From assembly GCA_030156625.1 (NCBI GenBank), contig JASGMC010000010.1, positions 1 to 32,000 on the forward strand: a DNA stretch of 32,000 bases, given 5' to 3'. Under the pieces are notes generated by a model that saw nothing but the letters and a program-made list of their open reading frames with translations, was not told the origin of the DNA and ran no database searches. Made by a program: the position numbers and the translations under genes. The DNA is from Methanoculleus sp. Its GTDB lineage: Archaea; Halobacteriota; Methanomicrobia; Methanomicrobiales; Methanoculleaceae. Positions 19,163 to 27,819 of the stretch are shown one piece after another (within the stretch, counting starts at the first letter, position 1; every line of letters starts with the position of its first letter).

Positions 19163-19645
19163 ATGGATACCAAACACAGCGTTCTGGAGAAATACTTCGG
19201 GTATACGTCATTCCTCCCCCACCAGGAAGAGATCATCGATTCCGTGCTCGCGGGGACGGACGTCCTCGCCGTCATGGCGACCGGGGGCGGCAAGTCCCTC
19301 TGCTACCAGCTCCCGGCCCTCGTCTTCGGCGGGCTTACGGTCGTCGTCTCGCCGCTCATCGCCCTGATGAAGGACCAGGTCGACGGCTTGCGGGCAAACG
19401 GCATTCCGGCGGCGACGATCAACAGTTCGCTCGGGCAGGGGGAGCGGAGGATCATCGAGCGGGTGATCCTCGAAGGCCGCATCCGGGTCCTCTACGTCTC
19501 GCCGGAACGGGCCGTGCAGCCGTTCTTCCTCTCGCTCCTTGCACAGGCGGATGTCCGGCTCATTGCCATCGACGAGGCGCACTGTATCTCCATGTGGGGG
19601 CACAAGGCACAGCCAACTGTGCTATCTCACATCGATCCGTTATAA
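19163..19645 (+). pseudogene. recQ: recQ 5' fragment (helicase motifs I to II), truncated by an insertion after codon WGH
   Basis: FLPHQEEII, Walker A MATGGGKSLCYQLPAL, motif Ia VVVSPLIALMKDQV and motif II DEAHCISMWGH. RecQ similarity ends at 19605; 13 unrelated codons then run to a stop. Confidence 0.9.
19594..19605. repeat. Left copy of the 12-bp direct repeat GTGGGGGCACAA at the recQ/insert junction
   Basis: Exact 12-mer, identical to 28505-28516. Confidence 0.9.
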
Positions 19646-19734
19646 ACCGCGCAGGGCAAAAAAGTAGTCGCATACCCGGGGTTGTAGCGGAAATATGAGG
19701 TCTCCGGTTCACCGACAACGGAGCAGACGGGATG

Positions 19735-19980
19735 AGGGACGACATCCCGCCCGACGAGCTCAACCGGGCGCCCGAGCCCGGGCTGAACTTTGGCTTCCCC
19801 TACTGCCACGCCAGCACCATTTCCGACGCCGAGTTCGGGGCCGGGTCCCATCCCTGCAGGGATTCTACGGGAGGTGCTCGCACCTACCCGGCGGCAATGG
19901 AAGGCTATTCGGTCTCGCCAGCGGTGGACGATCCCGGGCGGAGGGGGAGAAGGTCATCCGGCCGGTGAAGCGGTGGTGGT
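19735..19980 (+). pseudogene. Remnant of a PQQ-dependent sugar (glucose/sorbosone) dehydrogenase C-terminus, frameshifted
   Basis: One frame reads DELNRAPEPGLNFGFPYCH (compare DELN...G.NYGWP). Another frame reads GFYGR..LPGGNGRLFGLASGG...GEKVIRPV (compare G..FY.G..FP....FVA.HGSWNR...G.KV.RV). There is no N-terminal part. Confidence 0.4.
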
Positions 19981-20358
19981 GAGGGGACAATCCCATCTGT
20001 CCCGTGGTAAGGCAAAAAACGGCGAGGTCCAGGAATGCTCTGCATAACCGCGGGTGTACCGGAGAGTAAGATCCGTTCGCGTGTAACGTTCCGGTGCCTC
20101 GGCAGTTCGATGCCGACCGCCCCATTCCATGGCGGGAGTGCTGGCAGGAGTGCCGCGACCCGGGAATGGCGCTACTGATCACGCGAGAATGGATTATTCT
20201 CGGTGTAATTTGTTTTTCCAGTACCATTGGTATTCTTCAGTGCGATTAATCAGTAGATGTATATATCAGACCATGGAGATCATACTTCCTTGGTCGAACA
20301 GCCGCGAGAGCATTCGTAGGGTGCCCGATCGATAATTCACGAATTCAATGAGAAGTGA

Positions 20359-20397
20359 GTGATGTTCGTCCGCTGTCGAGGGTGGGACGAACATCAC
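20359..20397. promoter_or_regulatory. Perfect 13-bp inverted repeat (stem-loop or operator candidate) upstream of the large surface-protein gene
   Basis: gtgatgttcgtcc (20359-20371), a 13-nt loop, then ggacgaacatcac (20385-20397). It lies 86 nt upstream of ATG 20483. Confidence 0.5.
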
Positions 20398-20482
20398 GAC
20401 AGCCCGCAGGCAAAGCACGTTGGCTCTCTTCATGCTTAAGGATGTCCTTGTTTTTGCCTCCGGTTCGAAGGGAGATTACCAA

Positions 20483-23400
20483 ATGAGCACGAAACGTATG
20501 GAGAGAGTCTTTCCTCTTCTCATGACGGTGCTGATGATAGCCACGGCGTTCATTCCTGCCGTGAGCGCCGCAGAACCGAATACATCGAATGTGGATACCA
20601 CGTCCTGGATAAATACCTCCGCGGAGATTGAGAGTGCCGGAGAACCCGGTGCGGATACCTCACCGGCGACAGACAGCACCCGCGTGGTCACCGGTTCCGG
20701 CAAGATCCGGCTCAAAACCTACGACCCGGAGACCAGGACCATCCGGATCACGGATGAGGGCAGATCCGCCGCCGATGGAGACCTTGAGATCCGGCTGGTG
20801 AACACCACACCGGATCTCGGCACCTTCACCGAGATCTTCGAGATCACCGCGCACAGCACGATCGCCCTCGACGAATCAGAGGACTTCCGGGCCACATGGG
20901 CGCTCCACAACGGGGAGGAAAACGTCACCCGGGCCGAGTGGTTCGTCTGGGAGAACCGGTTGCATACCGTCAAGATCCCGATCATTGAGTACCGGAACGT
21001 CACCCTTGAGATTAATACATCTGAAAATCGTACTTTTGAGAATGTTACCCGTGGAGAAACTCTTCCTGAAACCGCCACGGTCCGGGAACCTTATATCGCC
21101 GGCACCGAGACCCGGGAGCGGTACTGGTATGAGTGGGTGCCGTTTGACCCGGCGGGGCAGACGCTCAACGCCGAAGAGGCGCGGACCTTCAAGGTCGTCT
21201 ACACCAAGCCCGCCGAGATCGGGCAGGTCGATATCAACACCGCCCCGGTCTTCCGGGGCGTCGCGTGCCCGGAGATGACCTGGTGGAGCACTGCCTGGAC
21301 CGCGCGGGTGCCGATCACAATCATCAACCCGCCAGCGGTCGATAACTACTCTCACTGTGAGGTCGTCTCGTTCCTTCCCGGCATGCAGAGCGACTTCGAT
21401 GACGTCCGGTTCGCGACCGACGACGGCACCGTTCTCGACTACTGGAAGGAGTCCTATACTGCATCCGACTCGGCCGTCATCTGGGTCAATCTCCCCGCCG
21501 GTGTGACCTTGATCTGGATGTACTACGGGAATGCGGCAGCCACCGATACCGGCAGCAGAGATAACGCTTACATCCTCTACGACGACTTCAACGGCCCGGA
21601 TCTCGATACGACGATCTGGACGGACACACATCCCGACGGCCATTACATCTCCAATGGTTGGATATACGATGTCCGAACTCAGGAAACCGGCATTCGTGGC
21701 GTTCTGGTATCCAATGATAATGTGATCGCCAACGGCGAGCCGGTGATCGTAGAGATGCATATCCACGCCGATGGCCTCGCCAGTCCCGGCTACTGCTCCG
21801 GGTATCTTCCTATCTTTATTGACCACATCGACCACGACTCCGCGATCCGGAACGGTCTGCTCTGGTACAAGCAATCGTCAAACTGGTGCCGGTACGTCCT
21901 TGTGAACGGTGTTGCATCATGGCGGCCGGGAGCATCGCGTGGCCTCGCGGTTGGCGGCGACTACTACAACACCTGGATCATCACACCGTCCAGTCAGACC
22001 CATACTGTCAGTGGGAGCGCCTCCTACACCGATGTATTTGCTGGCACGACCGGAATCTCAAACCATCGGATGGTCATTCTGGGCGGCGATAACTCGGTTT
22101 CCGGCCGAGTCATGCGGATGGACTGGATCCGGGCGCGGAAGTACGTCGAAACCGAACCGACATTCGCCTACGGTACACCGGAGTTCGAACCGCCAGTGGC
22201 GAACTTCACGGCCTCGCCAATCACAGGCGCCGCCCCGCTCACCGTCCAGTTCACCGACACATCGACCGGCAGCCCGACCTCCTGGGCGTGGGACTTCACA
22301 AACGACGGATCATGGGACAGTTATGCGCAGAATCCGTCCTACACCTACAACAACCCCGGCACGTACTCGGTCAAACTCAGGGCCACGAACGCCGACGGGG
22401 ACGATGAGGAGGTCAAGACCGATGTCATCACGGTGACTGCACCGATCTACTATGTCTATGCTGAAGCGGGAGATAGTGGAACATCAGTATACAACATGGC
22501 AAAAGGATTCTGGGAGACGATCAAAGACGCCCAAAGCGGATGGACCACGTGGAGAGACTGGCGTAACGAAGATGACATTATTAAAAGCGATTCCTCTCGG
22601 GAAGGCCACTGGAGGAAAACAGCGGCAAATCCTCCAGGCCATGCGGATCAATGGGTCGAAAGAGCGGATTTTGCATACTTTACGGGTCATGGGTTTCCCA
22701 ATGGTTTCCTTTTTGAGGAGCCAGATGAAGATTCCAATTTAACCGAAGCACACGCGCAAAACATATCGCTGGGGTCCGGGCGCACCAAATGGGTTGTACT
22801 TGATTCATGCTCAAGTCTCAATGAAAGCAGCCAGACAAACTGGCATGCGTCCTTTAATGGACTGCGGATGCTGCTGGGCTGGGATTCGCCAACAACTCCG
22901 ACGAATATACCTATCGGTCGCGGAGAGATGTTTGCAAAACTAATGATGGGGCAATATCCAGATCCTACCGCTTCCGAACTCTCAATATTCGAAGCTTGGA
23001 CATGGGCAGCAGTGTATACGTGGGAAGGTTACTCCCCTGGAGAGGACATATATACTGCGATCATATACGACACAAATTGCTTGAATGATATGCTCCCCGG
23101 ATGGGGCGGGTATTCAACCTCTCCAAGCGGTTTCCTCGAATATAACAAGACACTTGTAAAAAATGTGAATGAGGGAAAAGATGTTGAAAAATCGACTATG
23201 CTGGATTCAACTAATGGCAGATATTCGATACATACTTCTGTGCCCACTACATCAGGTAAACTCATGACGTATATATCTGAAAAACCAGAGTATACGGAGG
23301 AGTGGGTAAGTTCGCTGGCAAGGAACCTCGGAATGTCCGGGAAGAAAAGAGAATCGGAAAAGGCATATTACGCTGATGAAACCGAAGAAGATGAGTTCTA

Positions 23401-23998
23401 TTTCGTCGTGCAAAAGGATGCCAAAATCATTGCATTTAAAAAATATCATCAGCAATCGGGAGAACCCCTTTCAGCCGAAACAGCGACTGAATCAGTACAT
23501 GAGTTCTTGGAAAATGCCGGCCTCATGTTCCCCGATGCAACAGACGCCAATATCGGCTATAATACCGGTGAAAGTATTTCTCCTTCGGGAGAACGTGTCC
23601 AAACTTGGAAACAGATCGTAGTAACTTTCCCCCGCGAACTGAACGGCCTGAGGGTATGGGATTCACAAATCCTTGCCGATGTGGATCCACAAGGTAATGT
23701 CGTCAGATTATTTATCAGCTGGCCGGATTATAAGCCACATAAAGAGGTGTCACTGAAGACACCTGAACAAGCCTTTGAAGAGTTCCAGAAGGAATTCGCC
23801 AGCATTCATGGGGAAAAAGCGGAAAAAGTTATCGTAACCGATGTTTCGCTCGGGTATTCCTCATTGCCGATCTCTGGAACACAACGGTGCCTTCAGCCGA
23901 CATACGTCTTCGAGGGGTCCGTTCAACGGGGAAGTTTGACCGATGAGTTCGAACCTATCATTATTGAAGCAAGCGGTGAAGGGGTTGATATTGCATGA
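20483..23998 (+). CDS. Large secreted mosaic surface protein: signal peptide, unknown N-domain, DUF2341, ConA/LamG-like, PKD, domain A (putative Cys-peptidase-like), module B
   Basis: GGAG lies 8 nt upstream of ATG 20483. Signal peptide: MSTKRMERVFPLLMTVLMIATAFIPAVSA. DUF2341-like: WWSTAWTARVPITI...FDDVRFATDDGTVLDYW...VIWVNLP...MYYGN. PKD: APLTVQFTDTSTGSPTSWAWDF...YTYNNPGTYSVKLRATN. Domain A: FTGHG (His codon 22688-22690) and VVLDSCSSLNES (Cys codon 22808-22810). The C-terminal ~260 aa are paralogous to the next gene. Confidence 0.85.
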   Translation: MSTKRMERVFPLLMTVLMIATAFIPAVSAAEPNTSNVDTTSWINTSAEIESAGEPGADTSPATDSTRVVTGSGKIRLKTYDPETRTIRITDEGRSAADGDLEIRLVNTTPDLGTFTEIFEITAHSTIALDESEDFRATWALHNGEENVTRAEWFVWENRLHTVKIPIIEYRNVTLEINTSENRTFENVTRGETLPETATVREPYIAGTETRERYWYEWVPFDPAGQTLNAEEARTFKVVYTKPAEIGQVDINTAPVFRGVACPEMTWWSTAWTARVPITIINPPAVDNYSHCEVVSFLPGMQSDFDDVRFATDDGTVLDYWKESYTASDSAVIWVNLPAGVTLIWMYYGNAAATDTGSRDNAYILYDDFNGPDLDTTIWTDTHPDGHYISNGWIYDVRTQETGIRGVLVSNDNVIANGEPVIVEMHIHADGLASPGYCSGYLPIFIDHIDHDSAIRNGLLWYKQSSNWCRYVLVNGVASWRPGASRGLAVGGDYYNTWIITPSSQTHTVSGSASYTDVFAGTTGISNHRMVILGGDNSVSGRVMRMDWIRARKYVETEPTFAYGTPEFEPPVANFTASPITGAAPLTVQFTDTSTGSPTSWAWDFTNDGSWDSYAQNPSYTYNNPGTYSVKLRATNADGDDEEVKTDVITVTAPIYYVYAEAGDSGTSVYNMAKGFWETIKDAQSGWTTWRDWRNEDDIIKSDSSREGHWRKTAANPPGHADQWVERADFAYFTGHGFPNGFLFEEPDEDSNLTEAHAQNISLGSGRTKWVVLDSCSSLNESSQTNWHASFNGLRMLLGWDSPTTPTNIPIGRGEMFAKLMMGQYPDPTASELSIFEAWTWAAVYTWEGYSPGEDIYTAIIYDTNCLNDMLPGWGGYSTSPSGFLEYNKTLVKNVNEGKDVEKSTMLDSTNGRYSIHTSVPTTSGKLMTYISEKPEYTEEWVSSLARNLGMSGKKRESEKAYYADETEEDEFYFVVQKDAKIIAFKKYHQQSGEPLSAETATESVHEFLENAGLMFPDATDANIGYNTGESISPSGERVQTWKQIVVTFPRELNGLRVWDSQILADVDPQGNVVRLFISWPDYKPHKEVSLKTPEQAFEEFQKEFASIHGEKAEKVIVTDVSLGYSSLPISGTQRCLQPTYVFEGSVQRGSLTDEFEPIIIEASGEGVDIA

Positions 23999-25047
23999 CC
24001 GGAAAAGATGAGAACTGTCGGAAGATGAGAGCACCTGTGGTAAAAGGTTCGATATCAACATTTTTTGTCCTCTGTCTTCTGCTTACCACCTTTATCGTTT
24101 CAGCAGGATGCACATCGCAGACCTCATCGGCAGTCCCTTTGCCGGACGTCACGCCTCACGATAATTCCCAAGAATACAGAGATCTCAATCCAGAGGAGAA
24201 TAACACCCTGGAGAACAGCAGCTCGCACGATCCGCGGTTTTTTAACGCAAGAGAGGGCATGTATTCGATAAATGCTTCGTTCCCCGATGTTTCCAAGAAA
24301 ATCATGGTGTACACCCCCGAAAAACCGGAGTATACAAAGGAATGGGTGAGTTCGCTGGCAAAGAAATTCGGAATGTCCGGGAAGGTAAGGGAGTCGGAAA
24401 AAGCATATTACGCCGATGAAGCCGAAACAGATGACTATTATTTCGTTGTGCTGAAGGATGATCGAAGTATCAGCTTTAAAAGTTATCATCAGCAGTCAGG
24501 AGACCCTCCTTCACCCGAAAACGCAACAAAATCGGTGAAGGAATTCCTGGAAAGCGCCGGCCTCGCGTTCCCCGGTGCAACAGAAGCCGGGATCAACTAT
24601 GATACCGGGGGAAGTATTTCGTCTTCAGGGGAGTATGTCCAGAACTTTAAACAGATCGTAGTAACGTTCAACCGTGAGTTGAACGGCATCAGCGTATTGG
24701 GTTCGAGTATCATGGCCCGTGTAGATGCGCAGGGAAATATTATCGAATTATTTTTCCACTGGCCGGACTACAAGCCTTACAAGGAAGTTTCGCTGAAATC
24801 CCCCGAACAGGCCTTTGCCGAGTACTTGGAGTACCAGAAAGATTCGCTGTATATCACAGGAGCCCCGATGAAGCCGGAGAAAGTAGTGGTAACCAGGGTC
24901 TCACTGTTTTACCGATCAACGGGGAAATATGTCGAACCGATATATGTATTCCAGGGATACGGGCAGCAGGGGGAAGTGACACAGCCCTTCGCCTCGGTGT
25001 ATGTCGTGGCAACGGATGAGGGATTGGAAAGATGGCTTGTGTACTGA
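23995..25047 (+). CDS. Stand-alone module-B lipoprotein (paralog of the C-terminus of the preceding protein)
   Basis: Its start overlaps the upstream stop (ATGA at 23995-23998); ATG 24025 is an alternative. Lipobox FIVSAGC. Residues ~90-350 align with the last ~260 aa of the 1192-aa ORF. Some stretches show high nucleotide identity by eye (24321-24470 vs 23279-23430). Confidence 0.8.
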   Translation: MTGKDENCRKMRAPVVKGSISTFFVLCLLLTTFIVSAGCTSQTSSAVPLPDVTPHDNSQEYRDLNPEENNTLENSSSHDPRFFNAREGMYSINASFPDVSKKIMVYTPEKPEYTKEWVSSLAKKFGMSGKVRESEKAYYADEAETDDYYFVVLKDDRSISFKSYHQQSGDPPSPENATKSVKEFLESAGLAFPGATEAGINYDTGGSISSSGEYVQNFKQIVVTFNRELNGISVLGSSIMARVDAQGNIIELFFHWPDYKPYKEVSLKSPEQAFAEYLEYQKDSLYITGAPMKPEKVVVTRVSLFYRSTGKYVEPIYVFQGYGQQGEVTQPFASVYVVATDEGLERWLVY

Positions 25048-25382
25048 AAGAGCGTTCCGATGAACTCAAAAGAGCACCGGAAAGGGTTGACAAGTTCATT
25101 CGCTACGGGGAACCGATATACTACATGCACAAGATTCCCGTACACGCCGGATACAGAGGCAGTTATCTCCAAGCCAGTTGAAAGAACCGGGTATTCAAGG
25201 GACGAATTCTTTGCTGGCAAGTCCCCGGTACCTGCGGGGGAAAGCGTGCGGATGTACCCATCCGTCACCTTTCCCGATGGCGGTTTTCTTGAGCGCAAAG
25301 CGACGTTCACCACCGTCCTGAGCCGTTCCGTACCGGTACGATATCGGGCTGATCGACTGGACGACCGAGGAGCGGATCCACG

Positions 25383-26840
25383 ATGGAGACAGAACCGACA
25401 GCGAGAACGAGATCAGGACCTGCTGGCACACAGATTCGGCGACACCAGCACCAGCACCAGCACCAGCACCAACACCGCCCGCACCCGACACACATCTACA
25501 GCAGCGCCGGCACCTACACGGTAACGCTGAACGTCAGCGATGCTTGTGGGTACGATATCAGCAGCCAGACCCTTATCACCGTCACCTCGGACCAGACCGT
25601 AATGAATCCGGCCCTCTCCTTTGCATCGCCAGACACCCTGATCCTGCGCGAAGGGAAGAATTTCGTCTCGACGCCCTGCTACCTCACATCCGGACACGAT
25701 ACAGCGGGTACGGTCTTCCCGGACTTCGGTACCGATGTCCGGGGATACAGGTTCGAAAACGGCCGGACGGTAATCCTGACGGCGCAGGATGAAATTCGGT
25801 CGCTTGAAGGATACATAATCTACTCGGACGGGTACCACGAGATTTCCCTTCAGTTCGAAGATCCCCAGGTACATCCGACAGTTACAAAAGACCTCGACGA
25901 AGGCTGGAATCTCGTCGGCTTCTATGGTTTGAGCCAGGAATGTGCACGGGACACGCTCATTTCCCTCAGGAACGTGTGGTCGGAGGCAAAGGGCTGGGAT
26001 GCCGGGTCGCAGGAATACGAGACCTCCTTTATCAGGGATTCGACCGGCGATACCAGCGACCAGCGCCTGATGTTTCCGGGGAAGGCTTACCTGGTGTACA
26101 TGACGGAAGAGGGAACTCTGTTCCGCTCGTACTACCTGACGTATTCCTTCTGCGCCGAATGGGTGGGCGACTATCACGGCATGCAGACTCCTCTCTTCAG
26201 CGCCGAGGAAGAGGCCGAAGGCTTCTACGACACGCTTGAAGGGTCGAGTTCATGGACCGGCCAGTTCATCAACGGCAACGACGCCGCGATGGAACGGCAC
26301 TGGAAGGACCCGGCCTTCGGCGGGATTGATTCGAACCACATCGACAACGCACACCTGGCCTTCTTCGTAGGCCACGGGTGGGAGGGCGGGTTCGTCTTCG
26401 GGACCGCCGCCGACGATTACGAGCTGAACTACAGCGAGGCGCGCTGGGGCAACACGAAGACCGACTGGATTATTCTCGGATCGTGCAGCACCCTGAATGA
26501 ATCCACGCGGGAGCACTTGGAGGATGCCTTCGAGGGGCTCCATTCCATATGCGGCTTCGATACCATCGGAGGCACTCACCCGGATATGGGGTGGTATTTC
26601 GCCCAGCAACTGATGGATGGTGAAACCATCTGGGACGCATGGTCTGCGGCGACAGATCAGTACGTGTTCCCGAACGATGGCAGTCTACGGTCAGCGGTTC
26701 TCGCCGCGGACATTGACGGTGACTTGAGCACGCATGATTGTCTTGATGACCATATTTACGGTTACGGATCGTCGATTAATCCGCCCGGTGATCCACCGGC
26801 ATTTCAATACGTGACAAAGCCATGTATACGGGAGATTTAA
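25383..26840 (+). CDS. Second domain-A protein (PKD C-terminal half, unknown beta-rich region, domain A); probably 5'-degraded, with no signal peptide in frame
   Basis: HIYSSAGTYTVTLNVSD is the end of a PKD domain. Domain A: FFVGHG (His codon 26373-26375) and WIILGSCSTLNES (Cys codon 26484-26486). The matching PKD segment FGDTSTS lies upstream in a different frame. Confidence 0.6.
   Translation: METEPTARTRSGPAGTQIRRHQHQHQHQHQHRPHPTHIYSSAGTYTVTLNVSDACGYDISSQTLITVTSDQTVMNPALSFASPDTLILREGKNFVSTPCYLTSGHDTAGTVFPDFGTDVRGYRFENGRTVILTAQDEIRSLEGYIIYSDGYHEISLQFEDPQVHPTVTKDLDEGWNLVGFYGLSQECARDTLISLRNVWSEAKGWDAGSQEYETSFIRDSTGDTSDQRLMFPGKAYLVYMTEEGTLFRSYYLTYSFCAEWVGDYHGMQTPLFSAEEEAEGFYDTLEGSSSWTGQFINGNDAAMERHWKDPAFGGIDSNHIDNAHLAFFVGHGWEGGFVFGTAADDYELNYSEARWGNTKTDWIILGSCSTLNESTREHLEDAFEGLHSICGFDTIGGTHPDMGWYFAQQLMDGETIWDAWSAATDQYVFPNDGSLRSAVLAADIDGDLSTHDCLDDHIYGYGSSINPPGDPPAFQYVTKPCIREI
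25443..25476. repeat. Hexanucleotide microsatellite (CACCAG)4-CACCAA-CACC
   Basis: Read directly. It encodes HQHQ.., TSTS.. or PAPA.. depending on frame. Confidence 0.9.
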
Positions 26841-27791
26841 ATGACAACAAAACAAGTTGTAATCGGAATTGCTGCCCTCTTGCTAATTATTGCCGGGACA
26901 GCACTGGTGCCAGCGGTGTCTCCGCAGGATGATGAAGGTTCAAACAGGGGAATCGAGATCGTCGGACCATACGGCGTGCAAAGTGTCTCTGAGATCGCTC
27001 TCGGTACCGCCCTCACGCGGTACCCCGAACAGGCAATGGTCTACAGGACGGTCGATACCATCGTATCGAAGGACGACGCGCTGAAGATAGCGGAGAAATT
27101 TGGAGTGATCGGACCACTTGAGGAAGATACACTGTCGTATTACATCAAAGACGATCCCTATACGTTTGATATTGAGAAGGAAGGCGGTTGTCTATCCTAT
27201 ACATGGGAAGGGCGGTGGAACGAAGGCGAAGGATACCGGGATTTCCCAGAACACCTCCCGACCGACGAGGAGTGCCGGAAGATCGCCGAAACGTTCCTCG
27301 CCTCTCAATGCTCTCATACCCGAGGGAGCTGTGTATTCTGGTGTTGCACATGGGAAGGGGATTTTTTCGAACCGCTCGGGAGGGACACCCATCGTCACGT
27401 ACGAAGATCGTGACGTCCTCTTCTCCGACACCCTGAGCGGCCTTCCCGTGGCCGGAAGCGGGATCCGGGTCACCATCGGCGGGGGCGGTGACATCCTTGA
27501 GGTCACCAAACGCTGGCGCGACGCCGAACCTTACAAGGAGTTCTCTATCCTCTCCCCAGAGGAAGCGGTTGAGGAGCTCAAACAGACCGGGGTCGTCACC
27601 GCGGTGAGTTCACCGAAGAAGGCGGTCGTCGACGAGGCCAAGCTCTGCTACTATGCAACCCCGCCGGCACCGAGCAGCCGTACCTCAAACCGACCTACTA
27701 CTTCCGCGGCACCGTAGAGGGAGAAAAGGAGGCCGGGACCTTCTACCAGTACGTTCCGGCGGTCCCGGAACTCGGGAAGGGGTTGTACTGA
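26841..27791 (+). pseudogene. Third module-B gene with an N-terminal TM anchor, interrupted by two opposite frameshifts
   Basis: TAAATG junction with the upstream gene, and GGAGA 6 nt upstream. Module-B similarity runs in frame 0 to ~27305, frame +1 to ~27670 (LNALIPEGAVY...ILEVTKRWRDAEPYKEFSILSPEEAVEEL), then frame 0 again (EQPYLKPTYYFRGT... stop 27789-27791). Confidence 0.7.
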
Positions 27792-27819
27792 TCCCCTCTC
27801 TCCGTTTTGCAAGACGCTG

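Noticed and set aside
20099-20116. tRNA T-arm-like hairpin tcggca-gttcga-tgccga followed by ccgcccca, considered as a tRNA or att-site relic
   Set aside because: The loop is 6 or 8 nt rather than the canonical 7-nt TPsiC loop. No matching acceptor, anticodon or D arms could be built around it.
25413-25476. HQHQHQHQHQH tract as a functional His-rich metal-binding N-terminus of the 485-aa ORF
   Set aside because: It is the translation of a hexanucleotide microsatellite in what is probably not the ancestral frame. Neighbouring PKD similarity is in another frame upstream of it.
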